64,000 nucleotides of DNA, taken from the NCBI RefSeq assembly GCF_004010195.1, contig NC_057718.1, forward strand, positions 40,358,712-40,422,711, read 5' to 3'. The notes below the pieces were generated by a model that had not been told where the DNA came from, did not search any database, and worked only from the letters and a program-made list of their open reading frames with translations. Both the position numbers and the translations under genes were made by a program. Each line of letters opens with the position of its first letter. Position 1 is the stretch's first letter. This DNA is from Chiloscyllium plagiosum. Taxonomy: Eukaryota. Below, piece after piece: positions 1-13,169 of this stretch.

Positions 1-330
1 TGTATAAGTCCTACTAAGATTTGCTTTCCCAAAATGCAGCACCTCGCATTAATCTGAATTAAACTACATCTGCCACTTCTCAGCCCATTGGCCCATCTGG
101 TCCAGATCCTGTTGTAATCTGAGGTAACCTCCTTCACTGTCCACTACACCTCCTTTTTTGGTGTCAACTGCAAACTTACTAACTATACCTCTTATGATCG
201 CATCCAAATCATCTATGTAAATGACTAAAAGTAGAGGACCCAGCACCGATCCTTGTGGCACTCCACTTGTCACAGGCCTCCAGTCTGAAAAACAACCCTC
301 CACCATTGCCCTCTGTCTTCTACCTTTTAG
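1..330 (-). mobile_element. CR1 LINE RT fragment, same subfamily as 20075-20400
   Basis: ORF 64-336 has GVPQGSVLGP and LRLQQDLD, and is nearly identical by eye to 20075-20400. Confidence 0.92.
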
Positions 331-456
331 GTGCAAGAGATGTGTTTCTTTTTTATAAAGAGAAGTTGGGCATTTATTCAGTTTCTAGGAACAGAATTAT
401 TTCCATATCCTCTGCAGCAGAGTTTGGAAATTTTGAAACTGGTCTCTCTGATGATA

Positions 457-512
457 GGAGAAAGTGAGGACTGCAGATGCTGGAGATCAGAGCTTAAAAA
501 TGTGTTGCTGGA
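457..512 (-). mobile_element. Family A terminal fragment
   Basis: Reverse complement of the family A 3' end (GGAGAAAGTGAGGACTGCAGATGCTGGAGATCAGAGC). Confidence 0.65.
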
Positions 513-1528
513 ATTTATGATGTTAGCTTGGTTTTCCATACCTGTATTTTATAGAGCCTCTTTTTACTTGTAATTGGAAGAAATTGAATCACACAAATAG
601 TTCTTGTAGTCATTTTGGACTCCATGTTAACTATTTTTCCTGTATCCACAGATGTCGCCAGACTTGCTGAGTTTATCCAGTACTTTGTTTTTATTCCAGA
701 TCTCCAGCATCAACAGTATTTTTGCATTTGCCTACTTGTTGCTTGATAGTGTAAAACTTGAGTATTGCCGAATGTAAGCATTTTATCTTGTACTTATCAG
801 GACAGATGCAAGGATGTCAAATTTCAAAAAGAGATACAATTTATGATGTATTGGAATATACAGGAATCTGCATTGTACGCCAAAGCAATTTGCCTAGGTA
901 TTGCATCTTTTTTTAATTAAACAAAAGTATGAGGGACAATGGCATTCTATTGCCTCAGCTAGTCAGACCAGACTTGCCAACCAAGTAGTATACTCCATGT
1001 GGTATAATTTGTTGCTTCCTTTGAAATTTGGCATTCTTGTGTTTGTCCTGACAAACTGAATTGAGTTATTTAATATGATTACATGTCCTCTACTTCATAC
1101 TGCATATGAACCTCTAAAGTAGATTTAATTCTGAACTGCTTTAACTCTTCTGTTTTGTAAGTTTAAATTATTTTTAAAAATTTGCTCCATTAATATAGCC
1201 ATCAATTCATCTGGCTTAATATTACTCTGATATTCTTCTTTAAGGACAGTCTGCCAGAATTAGAATTTTATCACCCAACACAGTAAATATAATGATATTT
1301 ATAGCTAAGAGAACATTTCTTTGAGTGTTGATTTAACAGATTCTACTCTGACGTTTTATGAATATCCTTCAGTTATCACTCTCTGAACCTTCCAACTTTA
1401 TTAAAAATTTGTTAACAGCTATTGCAGCATTTGATCCAACTTTAATGTAGTGTCTCACAATTAGGATTATTCTTGTTTATTTTTGATTAATTGGAACTAA
1501 GATTTTTTAAAATTTATTCCAATCTTAG

Positions 1529-1689
1529 GGTGTACCAATCAGGCTAGAAGTTGGACCACGGGACTTGAAAAATAATCAGTTTGTGGCTGTCAGACGAGAT
1601 ACTGTCAGCAAATTTACAATACCAGAGGCTGATGCTGAGACGAAGTTGAAGAATTTATTGGAGGAAATCCAAAACAATCTTTATAACCG
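1529..1689 (+). CDS. EPRS1: EPRS1 internal coding exon (ProRS anticodon-binding domain): [53 protein letters not shown](R)
   Basis: Manual translation matches the vertebrate EPRS motif [12 protein letters not shown]...FVAVRRDT. Acceptor ttag at 1525-1528 and donor GT at 1690. 161 nt, ending in phase 2, which fits the next exon. Confidence 0.96.
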
Positions 1690-3079
1690 GTATTATATAT
1701 TCTCAGAACATATTCCACTTTAAGGATTCACAGTCAATGTCTGTTTGAACAATTCTATGTACAGTTAGTCATTGGTTCGTATTGAACTTGAGTATCACTG
1801 AATAAAGATATAGACTTTGTCTTGCATTCAGCAGGATGTGTTCAAGAAAGGCGATGTAAAAAAAATACAATATTTTATACCGTATGAGAAGAGAATGCTG
1901 ATAGTTGACAAGTGGACTCTGATTGCTAATGTGTTACCTCGGAAAATGCATTGTGTGCCACCTTCAGAATACTTCTATAAGCATGAGTGTGTTTCAGATT
2001 TGCACCACTTTCTTTGGAGGCTCCCACCTGAGAAATTGGTAGAACCCCTCTGGAGAGGAGCTTCTTTTGGACATGGTCCTTTGACAAAAGGCGATCATAG
2101 TATTTAATCAATTCTCCGCTCTGTAAAGGAATCCATGACTTAGCAAAATTTAAGCGTCAACCTTCCAAACCCCCAAGGGTTTATTTTCAGTACAGGAATA
2201 AGCCATGCAGCATGTAAAACTGCACTAATCTGAGCATTCATCTTTTTAATTCCAGTTCCCAGTCTGCATCTTAGCATCGTCTTCATGGCTCACTTTCCTA
2301 CAAAGCTTTGTGTCTTCTGCAAACTTGGAGATATTTCATTTAATTTGTTTATCTAAATTAATTTATGTTGTGAATAGTTGGTATCCTCGTTTCGATTCCA
2401 GCAATATCTGGTGATATTTTGTCATTGATTGCACTACTTTGCACTAAGAACAGCAAATGCACAACACAAAGAATAGGAGTAGGCAAACACAATATTGCCA
2501 TTCAAACCTACTCTGCCATTGATTCAATCATGTCTGAAATTAGAATTCAAAATTATATTCCTGCTGCTGCTAATATCCATTTTATTCCCTCAGAGATCAA
2601 TAATCTCTCGGTTCTGGCTGCCAACATATTCAATGATGGAGCATTCACGACCCTTTTGGGGTCCAGAATTGCAAAGATTAACAGCTTTGTGCATGAAATA
2701 ATTAACTTGTATCATACCTAAATGTTGAACCACTTTGTCTGAAACCATGCCGTATGCTTTTTTTTGTTTCCACTAGTAGGGAATTCCCCCTGTCAGCGTT
2801 TACCATGTTAGTCTGTTCATATTTGCATTGTTTCAATGAGATCACCTGTAGTCTTCTGAACTCTTGAAAATATAGGCCCAATTTCCGCAGCCTCTCCTCA
2901 TCCAACTCTCTCTTTGCAGGAAGTCTGAAGTGCAAGACCCTTCCCTAAAACACTGCACTAGACTAACCAACTACGGAATCAGTCCAATAGGGAGAGTAAT
3001 CTTTGTATAATCTATATGTTCTGCAGTAGACATCATACTATTTTCTAATCATTTATTATTTTTCTTCCTCTGTAATAAG

Positions 3080-3158
3080 AGCTGCTCAGGATCTAAAGGA
3101 GCATATGGTTTTGGCTGACACAATGGAACAATTTCAGCAAGAGTTGGATTCAGGCAAG
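3080..3158 (+). CDS. EPRS1: EPRS1 coding exon: (R)AAQDLKEHMVLADTMEQFQQELDSGK
   Basis: Polypyrimidine tract with aag acceptor and GTATGA donor. 79 nt. Matches human ...[26 protein letters not shown] as recalled, and phases join both neighbours. Confidence 0.94.
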
Positions 3159-3610
3159 GTATGATCTCAGTTAGTTGTCTTCTACTGTTGTTACTTTTAA
3201 GCCATTCATGTCCAATACGTGGCACACTTGGATAGCACCTATGGACTTAGATGTGAATATAGATAAAATTAATGGTATGGTATTCTCTCTGTCTGGACAT
3301 TCCCTCAGATACAAGGGCTTTGCATTATATGTTAATGGAGTTTCAGTGCAGTCTTCAGACATGTTAAACAAAGTTCCTACCAATTAGCTTTAAATATATG
3401 CATGGTATGGGAAATGGTTGGAGTAGTTGGTGGGGAGGGGAGAAGAGAGAAGTCCACGTGTCATAGTGATTAGGAGCATTATGTGCAGGGCAAATCTTGT
3501 GCTGTGCTGGTAAGCGGCACATGATTCTGTCCTTCAGCACTGCATTTCTCAGAAATATAACTACCGATTCTAGCTTTTACAATTTTATATTGCTGTCTCA
3601 CTTATTTCAG

Positions 3611-3675
3611 ATTGTGCAGATTCCTTTTTGTGGTAAGATAGAATGTGAAGATTGGATTAAGAAAACAACAACAAG
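3611..3675 (+). CDS. EPRS1: EPRS1 penultimate exon: [21 protein letters not shown](R)
   Basis: tttcag acceptor and GTAATA donor. 65 nt. Contains the conserved [17 protein letters not shown] motif. Confidence 0.96.
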
Positions 3676-4320
3676 GTAATAATGCCAGCATTATAACCTT
3701 AATTCTGTATTCATTGCTGCTCTCCCATGTATTTGAATCATGTCTGAGCAGTGCAGAGGAAAAATCACCTTGAATTAATTTTTGAGCATGTCTTTTAAAT
3801 CACAGGCTTGTGTTTTAGCTTCAATTTAACTATTAGCTGAAATGTAAGGTAACTTGAGTAGAATGCTGTTCAAACAATATTCAAAACATTTACATGTTAT
3901 TGCACTGTCTGCCCTCTTTGGTTGAGTAACAGATTTCAATATTTGAAAAGAGCATGTGATTTCTCCCAGTGACCTCATCAGTATGATTAACCATTATGAC
4001 CGTAAAACAGACTATCTGATCGTTATTGCATTGCTGTTTGTGAACATTGCTGTGTTCGAATTGCTTGCCTTATTTCTCTGTCTTAAGTTAGTAAATACAC
4101 TTCAGCAATGACTTCATTGGCTGCAGAGTACTTTAGAACATCCTCAGGAGATGCTGTCTAAATTCCTTCTCTTTTTGGTTTAGCTTTTTGAATCTGTAAG
4201 GTCCATTTATGCAATTTTTGTACAAATATTTAGTCATCTATTTAGAATAATGAAGGTGTGGCATGGGGCTGATGGTTTGATGTAGTGTTTTATTTGTTTT
4301 TGTATTTTCTTGTGCTGCAG

Positions 4321-4471
4321 GGATCAGGATACTGAGCCTGGTGCGCCATCTATGGGAGCTAAGAGTCTCTGCATTCCTTTCAAACCTCTTCGTGAATTAC
4401 AACCTGGAGCCATATGCATCAGTGGCAAGGAACCTGCCCAATACTATGTACTTTTTGGCCGCAGCTACTAA
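4321..4471 (+). CDS. EPRS1: EPRS1 terminal coding exon: [49 protein letters not shown]
   Basis: ctgcag acceptor. Has the eukaryotic ProRS C-terminal signature GAKSLCIPF...FGRSY-stop, with TAA at 4469-4471. Confidence 0.97.
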
Positions 4472-4579
4472 TTAGGAAACAAAGTGTGAAACAATCATGT
4501 CTTTGACTTCAAATGTTTTTATAAGATGAAAAATTATAGTTACTTTCACCTTTTTTGTGTATTTTTATCCAGTAATGAA

Positions 4580-4700
4580 AATAAACTGTATCGTCAACTA
4601 AAACAAAACTCCTAGAGCTATGGCTATTACAAATAAAGGTTCCAGCTATCCTACTCAATAGAAATAAACCTTTAATGAATATTTTCTGTGTTTTGTTTAC
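4580..4700 (+). terminator. EPRS1 polyadenylation signal cluster
   Basis: AATAAA at 4580, 4632 and 4663, followed by a GT/T-rich tract at about 4681-4698. Confidence 0.7.
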
Positions 4701-5939
4701 CCAGTGTAATGACTAATTCTAATATTACCTCTACCAACCCACTTCCCTATGAATTGAAATAATAACAGTGAAGACTGGAAAAACTCAGCAGGTTCTGAAG
4801 GACAGCTATACTGACTCAAAACATTAACTGTTCTATCAGACACTGCCAGACCTGTTAAGTTTCTCCAGCTTATTGTTTCAATTTCCAATGTCAGCAGTAT
4901 TTTGCTTGTATTTCTATAAATTGATTTCTCACACTAAAGTGATCATCACAAATGCAAAAATGCTTGTGGTGACATCAATTACTGGCAACGGATGTCTCTA
5001 AGCCACAGTACATTTGCTCATGCATGACTGATCACAAATGCCCAATGATACTGATATCCCACATGTCTGGGAGAGCCTGTGACTGAAAATCCAGAAACTG
5101 AGAGAAGAGGCCATGTGGTAGGTGGGTGAGAGTCACAGCTTTGGACTGAAGTTAGATGGGGAGGGGAAGACTCCTCAATATTAAGATTCTCCCCTCTTTC
5201 TCTATTCTTTATTGAGTGCCTGAGATTTGTCTCAACCAACTATGCTTTTGTACGGAAGGTTGTAACCTTTAAATGGTTTCATAAGTCGTGGGTATTGCTG
5301 GCTGGTATCCGTCCCTAGGTGCCCTTCAGAAAGTGGTAGTGAGCTGCTGCCTCGAACTGTTGAAGTCCATTTAGTACAAATAGACCCACAATGCCATTAG
5401 GGAGAGTGTTCTGAGATATTGACCCAATTATACTGAGGGAATGGCAATATATTTCTAAGTCAGGACAGTATGTGGTTTGGAGGCAGAGTTTGCACATGGT
5501 GATATTCCCATTTTATTTGCTGTCCTTTTCCTTCTAGATGGTGATGAAGAGCTACCAGCTAGAGCTTATGTGCCTGTGTGCTTCTTGTGCCACTTAGATG
5601 TTATGTTCCTACAAACACAGCCTTGACACTCATTTGCAGAAAATGATCATTACTTTTAGAAATTTTGCAATGAATTCACATATTTGGCTACTAACCACTT
5701 AGTCTGGATTCAATTTGTTTATTTTATTAAAGAATTAATTTAAATAAAATTTCAACATTTTAAAGGAACAATCCAACTGGTATCTGTGCTAACTCAATTC
5801 TATGTAACTTGCCCTGAAAAGCAAGCCAAAACAGAGGCAACATGAATTGGAAATTGACTGGGAGGTAGACAGATGAATAGATACATATTCTGATTGTAAA
5901 GCACCACTGGAAAAAAATGACCAGAGAGCTATGCAATAA

Positions 5940-8710
5940 AGTCAGAGTTGTACAGCATGGAAAAAGACCCTTTGGTGTAATTCGTCCATGCCCACCACAT
6001 ATCGTAAATTAATCTAGTCCCATTTGCCAGCATTAGGTTCATGTTCCTCTTAAAACCTTTCTATTCATGTACCCATCAAGATGCCTTTTAAATATTGTAG
6101 TTTTACCAACCTCCATCACTTTCTCTAGCAACTCATTCCATACTTATGTCACCTATGTGTGAGAAACTTGCCTTGTATGTCCCTTTTATATCTTTCTACA
6201 CTCACCTTAAACCTATAGTGGGTGGCACAGTGGTTAGCACTGCTGCCTCACAGCGCCAGAGACCCAGGTTCAATTCCCGCCTCAGGCGACTGACTGTGTG
6301 GAGTTTGCACGTTCTCCCCGTGTCTGCATGGGTTTCCTCCGGGTGCTCCGGTTTCCTCCCACAGTCCAAAGATGTGCAGGTCAGGTGAACTGGCCATGCT
6401 AAATTGCCCGTAGTTTTAGGTAAGGGGTACATGTAGGGGTATGGGTGGGTTGCGCTTCGGCGGAGCGGTGTGGACTTGTTGGGCCGAAGGGCCTGTTTCC
6501 ACACTATAAGTAATCTAACCTAATCTACTCCTTTTAGTTTTGGATTCCTGTACCCTGGTGAAAATTGTTGGTTATTCACTTTATCCATTCTCCTCATGAT
6601 TTTATAAATCTCTATATAAGGTCACCCCTCAACCTTTGACACTCCAGAAAAGATAGCCCCAGGCTATTTAGCCTCTCCCTATAACTCAAATCCTCCAACC
6701 CTGGCAACATCCTCATAAATCTTTTCTGAACTCTTTCAAGTTTTACAACAGCCTTCCTCTAGCAGGGAGACCAGAATTGAACACCGTATTCCAATAGTAG
6801 CCTAATCAATGTCTGGTACAGCTGCAACATGACTTCCCAACTCTTATCCTCAATGCACTGACCAACAAAGGCAAGCATACCAAATGCCTTCTTCACTATC
6901 CTATCTACCTGTGACTCCACTTTCAAGGAACTATGAACCTGCACTCCAAGGTCTCTTTGTTCAGCAACACTCCCCAGGACCTTACCATTAAGTGTATAAG
7001 TCCTGCCCTGATTTGCCTTTCCAAAATGCAGGACCTCCTATTTATCTAAATTAAACTCCCATCTGCCACTCCTTGGCCCATTGGTCCATCTGATCAAGAT
7101 CTTGTTATACTCTGAGGTAATCTCCTTCACTGTCCACTACACCTATTTTGGTGTCATCTGCAAGCTTACTAACCATCTCTTCAATGTTCACTTCCAAAGC
7201 ATTTATATAAATGATGAAAAGCAATGGACCCAGCACCGATCCTTGATGCATGCTGCTGGTCACAGGCCTCCAGTCTGAAAAGCAACCCTCCACCACCACC
7301 ACCCTCTGTCTTCTAGCTTTGACCCAGTTCTGTATTCAAATAGCTGGTTCTCCCTCTATTCTGTGTAATCTAACATAGACTGGTTGGCAATCATGAGGAA
7401 CCTTGTCAGAAGTCTTATTGCCCTCATCAGTCCTCTTTGTTACTCAATCAAATTAGTGAGACATAATTTCCCAAGCACAAAGCCATGTTGACTATCCCTA
7501 ATCAGTCCTTGCCTTTCCAAATAAATGTAAATCCTGTACCTCAGGATTCCTTCCAACAACTTGCCCACCACTGATGTCAGGTTCACCGGTGTATAGTTCC
7601 CTGGCTTTTCCTTAGCCCCATCTTTAAATAGTTGCACCGTGTTTGCCAACCTCTAGTCTTCTGGCACCTCATCTGTGGTTATCAATTATGCAAATATCTC
7701 AGCAAGGGGCCCAGCAATCACTTCCCTTGCTTCCCATAGAGTTCTAGGATACACCTGATCAGGTCCCAGGGATGTATCCACCTTTATTCATATTAAGATG
7801 TCCAGAACCTTCTCCTCTGTAATATGGACATTTTTCAAGATGTCGCTATTGACTTCCCCATGTTTTCTATCTTCCATATCCTTCTCCACAGTAAATACTG
7901 ATGCAAAATACTCATTTAGTATCTTCCTCCATCTCCTGTGGTTTCACTCGTAGGTGCTCTGCTGATCTTTTAATGGCCTTATTCTCTATTTACCCTTTTG
8001 TCCTTAATGTGTTTGTAGAATCCCTTTGGATTCCCCCAACCCTATTTGCCAAAGCTATCTCATGTCCCCTTTTTGCCGCCTTGACCTCCCTTTTAAGTAT
8101 ACTCCTCCTGCCTTTTTTAGGGATTCATGTGATATCTGCTGTCTCTACCTGATATTTGCTTGCTTCGTATTCTTAACCAAAACATCAATTTCTATCGTCA
8201 TCTAGCATTCCCTACACCTAACAGCCTTGCCCTTCAAATTAGCAGGAATATACTGTCTGTTATCTCATTTTTGAAGGCCTACCATTTTCCAATTGTCTCT
8301 TTACCTGCGAACATCTGCTCCCAATCAGCTTTTGAAAGTTCTTGCCTAATGTCGTCAAAATTGACCTTCATCCATTTCAGAACTTCAACTTTTAGATCCG
8401 GTCTACCCTTTTCCATGATCATTGGCCCCAAAGTGCTTCTCTACTGACACTTAAGCAATTTGCCCTCCCTTATTTCCTAAGAGTGGGTCAAGTTTTGCCA
8501 ATTTACTAGTAGGTACAACCACGAACTGCATTAGAAAATTTTCTTATACTCATTTAACAAATTCTTCTCCATCCAAGCCCTTAACACTATGGCATTTCTA
8601 GTCTACATTTGGAAAATGAAATTCCCCTACCATAATCACCCTGTTCTTGCAGATAGCTTAGATCTCCTTAAAAATTTGTTTCTTAATTTTCCACTGACTA
8701 TTGGAGGGGG
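5940..8710 (-). mobile_element. Decayed CR1 LINE ORF2 and 3' end, interrupted by a SINE
   Basis: RT-like ORF pieces at 6759-6944, 7105-7302 and 7440-7649, collinear with the 19323-22390 copy. Confidence 0.92.
6218..6527 (+). mobile_element. tRNA-derived V-SINE (HE1-like shark SINE) nested in a CR1
   Basis: A box TGGCACAGTGG (6223), B box GGTTCAATTCCC (6267), V-domain GTGTGGAGTTTGCACGTTCTCCCCGTGTCTGC...CCTCCCACAGTCCAAAGATGTGCAGG and a TAATCT tail. The CR1 sequence resumes on both sides. Confidence 0.9.
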
Positions 8711-9149
8711 TCAATAGCCGGTCCTTCAGTCCCTTGAGCCTGCTCTGCCATTTGATGAGATTGTGGCTAATCTGATTGTAGTCTTTATGTTCCTGTGTGC
8801 CCTCATACTCTTTGACTCCCTTGTCAATAAAGAATATATTTTATTTGGCCTTAAACATATTCAATGACCCAACTTCCATTGCTCTTCGGAGAAGAGTTTT
8901 CTATAAACTAATGACTCTTTGAGAGGAAACATTTATTTTATTTTCCATCTTAAATGGAAGGCCCTTGAAACGAACAGAGAATGTGGGAAAGACTCAGCAG
9001 ATTTGTGTAGAGAGAAAAACAGTGTTTCAAGTCTGGTATGACTCTTGTTTAAAACTTTCTCTGAACCAGTTCTGACTCCAATATCCATGTGCCCTCTGAG
9101 GCCAACACCCCCAGTTTCAAGACAAGTGGTTGTGGTCACTCAGCTATAT

Positions 9150-9520
9150 TGGGTGGGCCACATACTCTTACTTGATATAAGACTATTGTGAGCTTTGTCA
9201 TAGTAAACAGTTTTTAGGAGGGCAGAGGAAGCATTTCAAAGGTATCTCAAAGCCTCTGTGAAAAATAAACCATCTCTTGGTAATCTCTAGCCCAAGACTA
9301 CCAACCTGGAAAAGAAGCATCCGTAGAGTTGTCAAATGTTTTGAGTATCACCGACAAGCCCAGCTGGAAGCCAAATACAAACAGTGGAAGGGGTATGTGA
9401 AAAGCCAAGCATCTCACCCACTGGCTTCAGCAAACACTATCTGACCCATCAATGGCAAGTGTGGGCATCTGATATTGAATTATTTAGTAACCTGAGAACC
9501 CACAACATCAGAGTGGAAAA
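9150..9520 (+). mobile_element. Old RTE-clade LINE 3' fragment
   Basis: Degenerate GGQRKHFK..LKAS and ..SDIELFSNLRTH, resembling the RTE C-terminal GGQRKRFKD and IGLFSHLRTH motifs. Confidence 0.45.
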
Positions 9521-10595
9521 AAAAATTATCCCCCGTCACGAGGGAGTGCCAACGAGAGAGATCTCTTTGAGACTGCCTGTGTTCCATTCCAGTTGATTAT
9601 TGCACCCATAAATTGAGCCATGTGACCTTTTTCTAAGCATATAATAGATTCTGGCTCAGCCAAGAAACTTTGTTCTTTGTAATTGCATTGTTCTTCCCTG
9701 TTGGAACTCGTGTCCTTTGTCAAGCATTCTTTCAAAAAGATCAAGTCAATTATATTCAAAATTAATAACTCATAACACATTGTCCTGACACTACACTTTA
9801 GAAAGTACCTCCTCAGCTGTAATGTGTTTTAATAACACATCAGTTAGGAGCATTTGAGCCTGGTCTGCCATTCTTGATAATAGCTGATCATCCATCTCAA
9901 TGTCATATTCCTGTACTATTCCCATACCCCTTGGTGCCATTTGTAAAAGAAATCTGTCAGTCTTTGAAATTAATATCTGTGTTTCTGTAGTACTCTTGGA
10001 GCAAGCATTCCAAAGACTTGCCACCTTCTGACTCTGATGATGATCAGAACCTCAAAGTTCTTTGTACATTTTTAACTTTTAAGTCCAGAAGAATGCATGT
10101 TTTCTTTAAGAGGGCACTGTAATAAAAAAACTGCAGATTGAATTTCAGTGATGTCTGACAAAGTCCTGTGAGGGGCCAATGGAATCTCACACCTGTTAAC
10201 TGTTAGGGAAGCTTCAAAGAGAGAGAGATGTAATGGGGGGATAACAAAAGGGCTGACTATCTTGCCCCTCTCAGAAAATTACCACTTGTGGACATTTTTG
10301 TATTCTTTTATAGCTTTCCCCTCTCACCCTAAACCCATGTCCCTCATGATTTTATAAACCTCTATAAGGTCACCACTCAGCCTCCAGTGCTCCAGGGAAA
10401 AACAGCCCCAGCCTATTCAGCCTCTCCCTACAGCTCAAACCCTCAACCTTGGAAACATCCTTGTAAATCACAAATCAGTAACTGCTGACAATTAGAAAAA
10501 TTTTGAGTCAGCACAAAGTTCCTTCCAGGAATATATAGAAAAAGACTGTTTGCCCTGGTGTGTGTGTGTTAGTGTACTGACATCCATGTGGAGTA

Positions 10596-10801
10596 CAGGA
10601 AGTCCCTGAGTTACAAACGCTCGACTTACAAACGTCCCATACTTACGAACCAACCTCTGAGTTAAAAATCTGAGATACTTACAATGTTTTGTCCTAACGA
10701 ATGGGTGGACTAATGAAACTGAATGTGTTCCGACTTATGCACAAATTCTGCTTACAAACAGCGGAAAAAATATAACTCGTTCATAACCTGGGAACTTCCC
10801 G
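10596..10801. mobile_element. Tc1/mariner (Tigger/pogo-like) MITE
   Basis: Imperfect TIRs of about 24 bp (CAGGAAGTCCCTGAGTTACAAACG / CGTTCATAACCTGGGAACTTCCCG), flanked by TA on both sides. Confidence 0.7.
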
Positions 10802-11884
10802 TACTCTGGATTCAAACACTAGTGTGCTGTGAAGGTCACTGTTGAAGAACCACCCACTAGTCATCCCTGCACTGCAGGTAAAAAGGAATTCTTTCTCTGG
10901 TGGAAGCCTGCTGGCTGGTGAGCTGGTTCAGAAGAAAACAGAACAAGAAGAATTCTCTGAGTTTGTGTGCTGCCAGCTAGCCATTGTAAAGAGCAAACTG
11001 GACAAAAGGGTTTCAAGTAACTCCAAAATTGACAGTTCAAGTACAACATTCCATTATCACCTCTTCATCCACGTCCATATCAATAACCATAGTACAGCAA
11101 ATCAATTTATCCACTGTGCATGTCACTTATTCAAAGAACTCCAATAAATTAGTTCAACATTTTATGCCTTTCACAATTTGATGTTGACTCTGCCTGATTA
11201 CCTGAATGTTTTTAAAATATTGTCTACAATTAAAATTATTGTCCATAATAATAGATTCTAACATCTTCCCCATGATAGATGTTAAGCACCACTGGCTTCT
11301 GGTTTCCTGCTTTCTGTTTCTCCCTTTTTAAATAAATGAATTACTTTTGTTTTTCTTTTAATTTAATGATACCATTCCCCCAAATCAAGAGAATTTTGGA
11401 AATTTAATACCATGCATCAACCATGGTTGTCACTTCTCTGAAGATTGAAGGATGAAATTCAGTCCACAGTTCCAGAATACCACTTCCAATGTTGTCTTGA
11501 GATTCTATCTCCATTTCCATTTCTTGATTTATTGCTATTTTTGGGGATGTTACTTGTGTCCTCTATAGTGAAGATCAATTATGTATTATTAATACAGGTA
11601 TTTGATTTAACTTATCTCCCTTCGTGCAAGTTTTTTTTATGGTTGACACTATATTTTAAAGATTTTTACTTAACCGCAGATCTCTTGGAATTTTTTTCCT
11701 TGTTGGAATGTGTCTACTCCTTGTATTATGAAATATTCCCTTAAATGTGTGCCACTATATATCTGTTGATTTATTCCTTAACCTAATTGCCAGTTCACTG
11801 AGCTAGGCTTCTTACCCACATAACTGCTCTCATTGTATTTAGGTTTAAAATACTAGTTTTGGACGACTTCTCTCTCCCTCAAAG

Positions 11885-12386
11885 ATGTACCCAGGTACAA
11901 TATTCACCCAGGTAAATAGTGCGGTGAGGAAGGCATATGGCGTACTGGCTTTTATTGGTAGAGGAATTGAGTTCCGGAGTCCTGAGGTCATGATGCAGTT
12001 GTATAAGACTCTGGTGCGGCCGCATCTGGAATATTGTGTGCAGTTTTGGTCGCCATACTATAGGAAGGACGTGGAGGCACTGGAAAGGGTGCAGAGGAGG
12101 TTTACCAGGATGTTGCCTGGTATGAAAGGAAAATCGTATGAGGAAAGACTGAGGCACTTGGGGCTGTTTTCACTAGAGAAAAGAAGGTTTAGGGGTGACT
12201 TAGTTCATGGAATGCCCTGCCAGTAGCAGTGGTGGACTCTCCCTCTTTATGGGCATTTAAGCAGGCATTGGATAGGTATATGGAGGATAGTGGGTTAGTA
12301 TAGGTTAGGTGGGCTTGGATCGGCGCAACATCGAGGGCCAAAGGGCCTGTACTGCGCTGTATTCTTCTATGTTCTATGTTCTATGT
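11885..12386 (+). mobile_element. 5'-truncated CR1 LINE 3' end
   Basis: ORF with LYKTLVRPHLEYCVQFWSP and LERVQRRFTRM, followed by a (TTCTATG)n tail. Confidence 0.92.
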
Positions 12387-13169
12387 CTGATGAAAAGCGT
12401 TATATATTTTTTAATCAATCTGCTCAGAGGAGTTACTACACACCTCTAGCGTAGGTGAGACTTGAACCCGCCTCTGCTAGTTGAAAAGCGCTAGACAAAT
12501 GAGGCTTCTTGTCCCGTTCCTGCCTTCACCAAGCAGTCTGCTGACATTAACAGCAGTCTGCTCCTGTGAAAGCGCTCTCTCAGAGATAGGAACAAGTCAC
12601 CACTGGCTTGATGGTTTTCTCTGTCTTGTTGGTCGCCTGGCCTCTGGATCCGCCTCCAACTGTGGAAAAATAACCCCGCCTGCATGAATTCCGTTTCTTT
12701 TTCCAAGGATGCTATCGGACCTGCTACGGCGTTTACTGCGCGTACTTTTCACCATTGGATTAACGCCTCGTTGTATTATTTAATTTAAACATCAACGTTA
12801 GCTCTAGCAGTGAGCACATTATACCGACTGTTTTGCAAAGTAAAAGAACGACGTTATTGCATTGACGACATCTGCAACAGCACGGGATATAAAGATTGGG
12901 TGAAGTTACTGCAGATGCTGGAATCTATTGAAAACGAAAAAAATACTGGATATTACATCGGGTCAGGCAGCATCCACGGAGAGAAAGCAAGCTAACGTTA
13001 TGAGTCTAGATTGAGATTTCTTACAGCAATTGAAAGTTTAGGGATAAAATACAGCTATAACCGTCGAATATTAAAACAAAAATAAATCCAAAGGATTTGT
13101 TTGAAATCCGGTGTCGAGGAGTGGCGCTTGAAATAAGATTTGCACCTGCTTTGAACCGTTTTAAGGAAC

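Noticed and set aside
6218..6280. tRNA-like A and B boxes
   Set aside because: Head of a SINE that continues into the V-domain, so not a tRNA gene.
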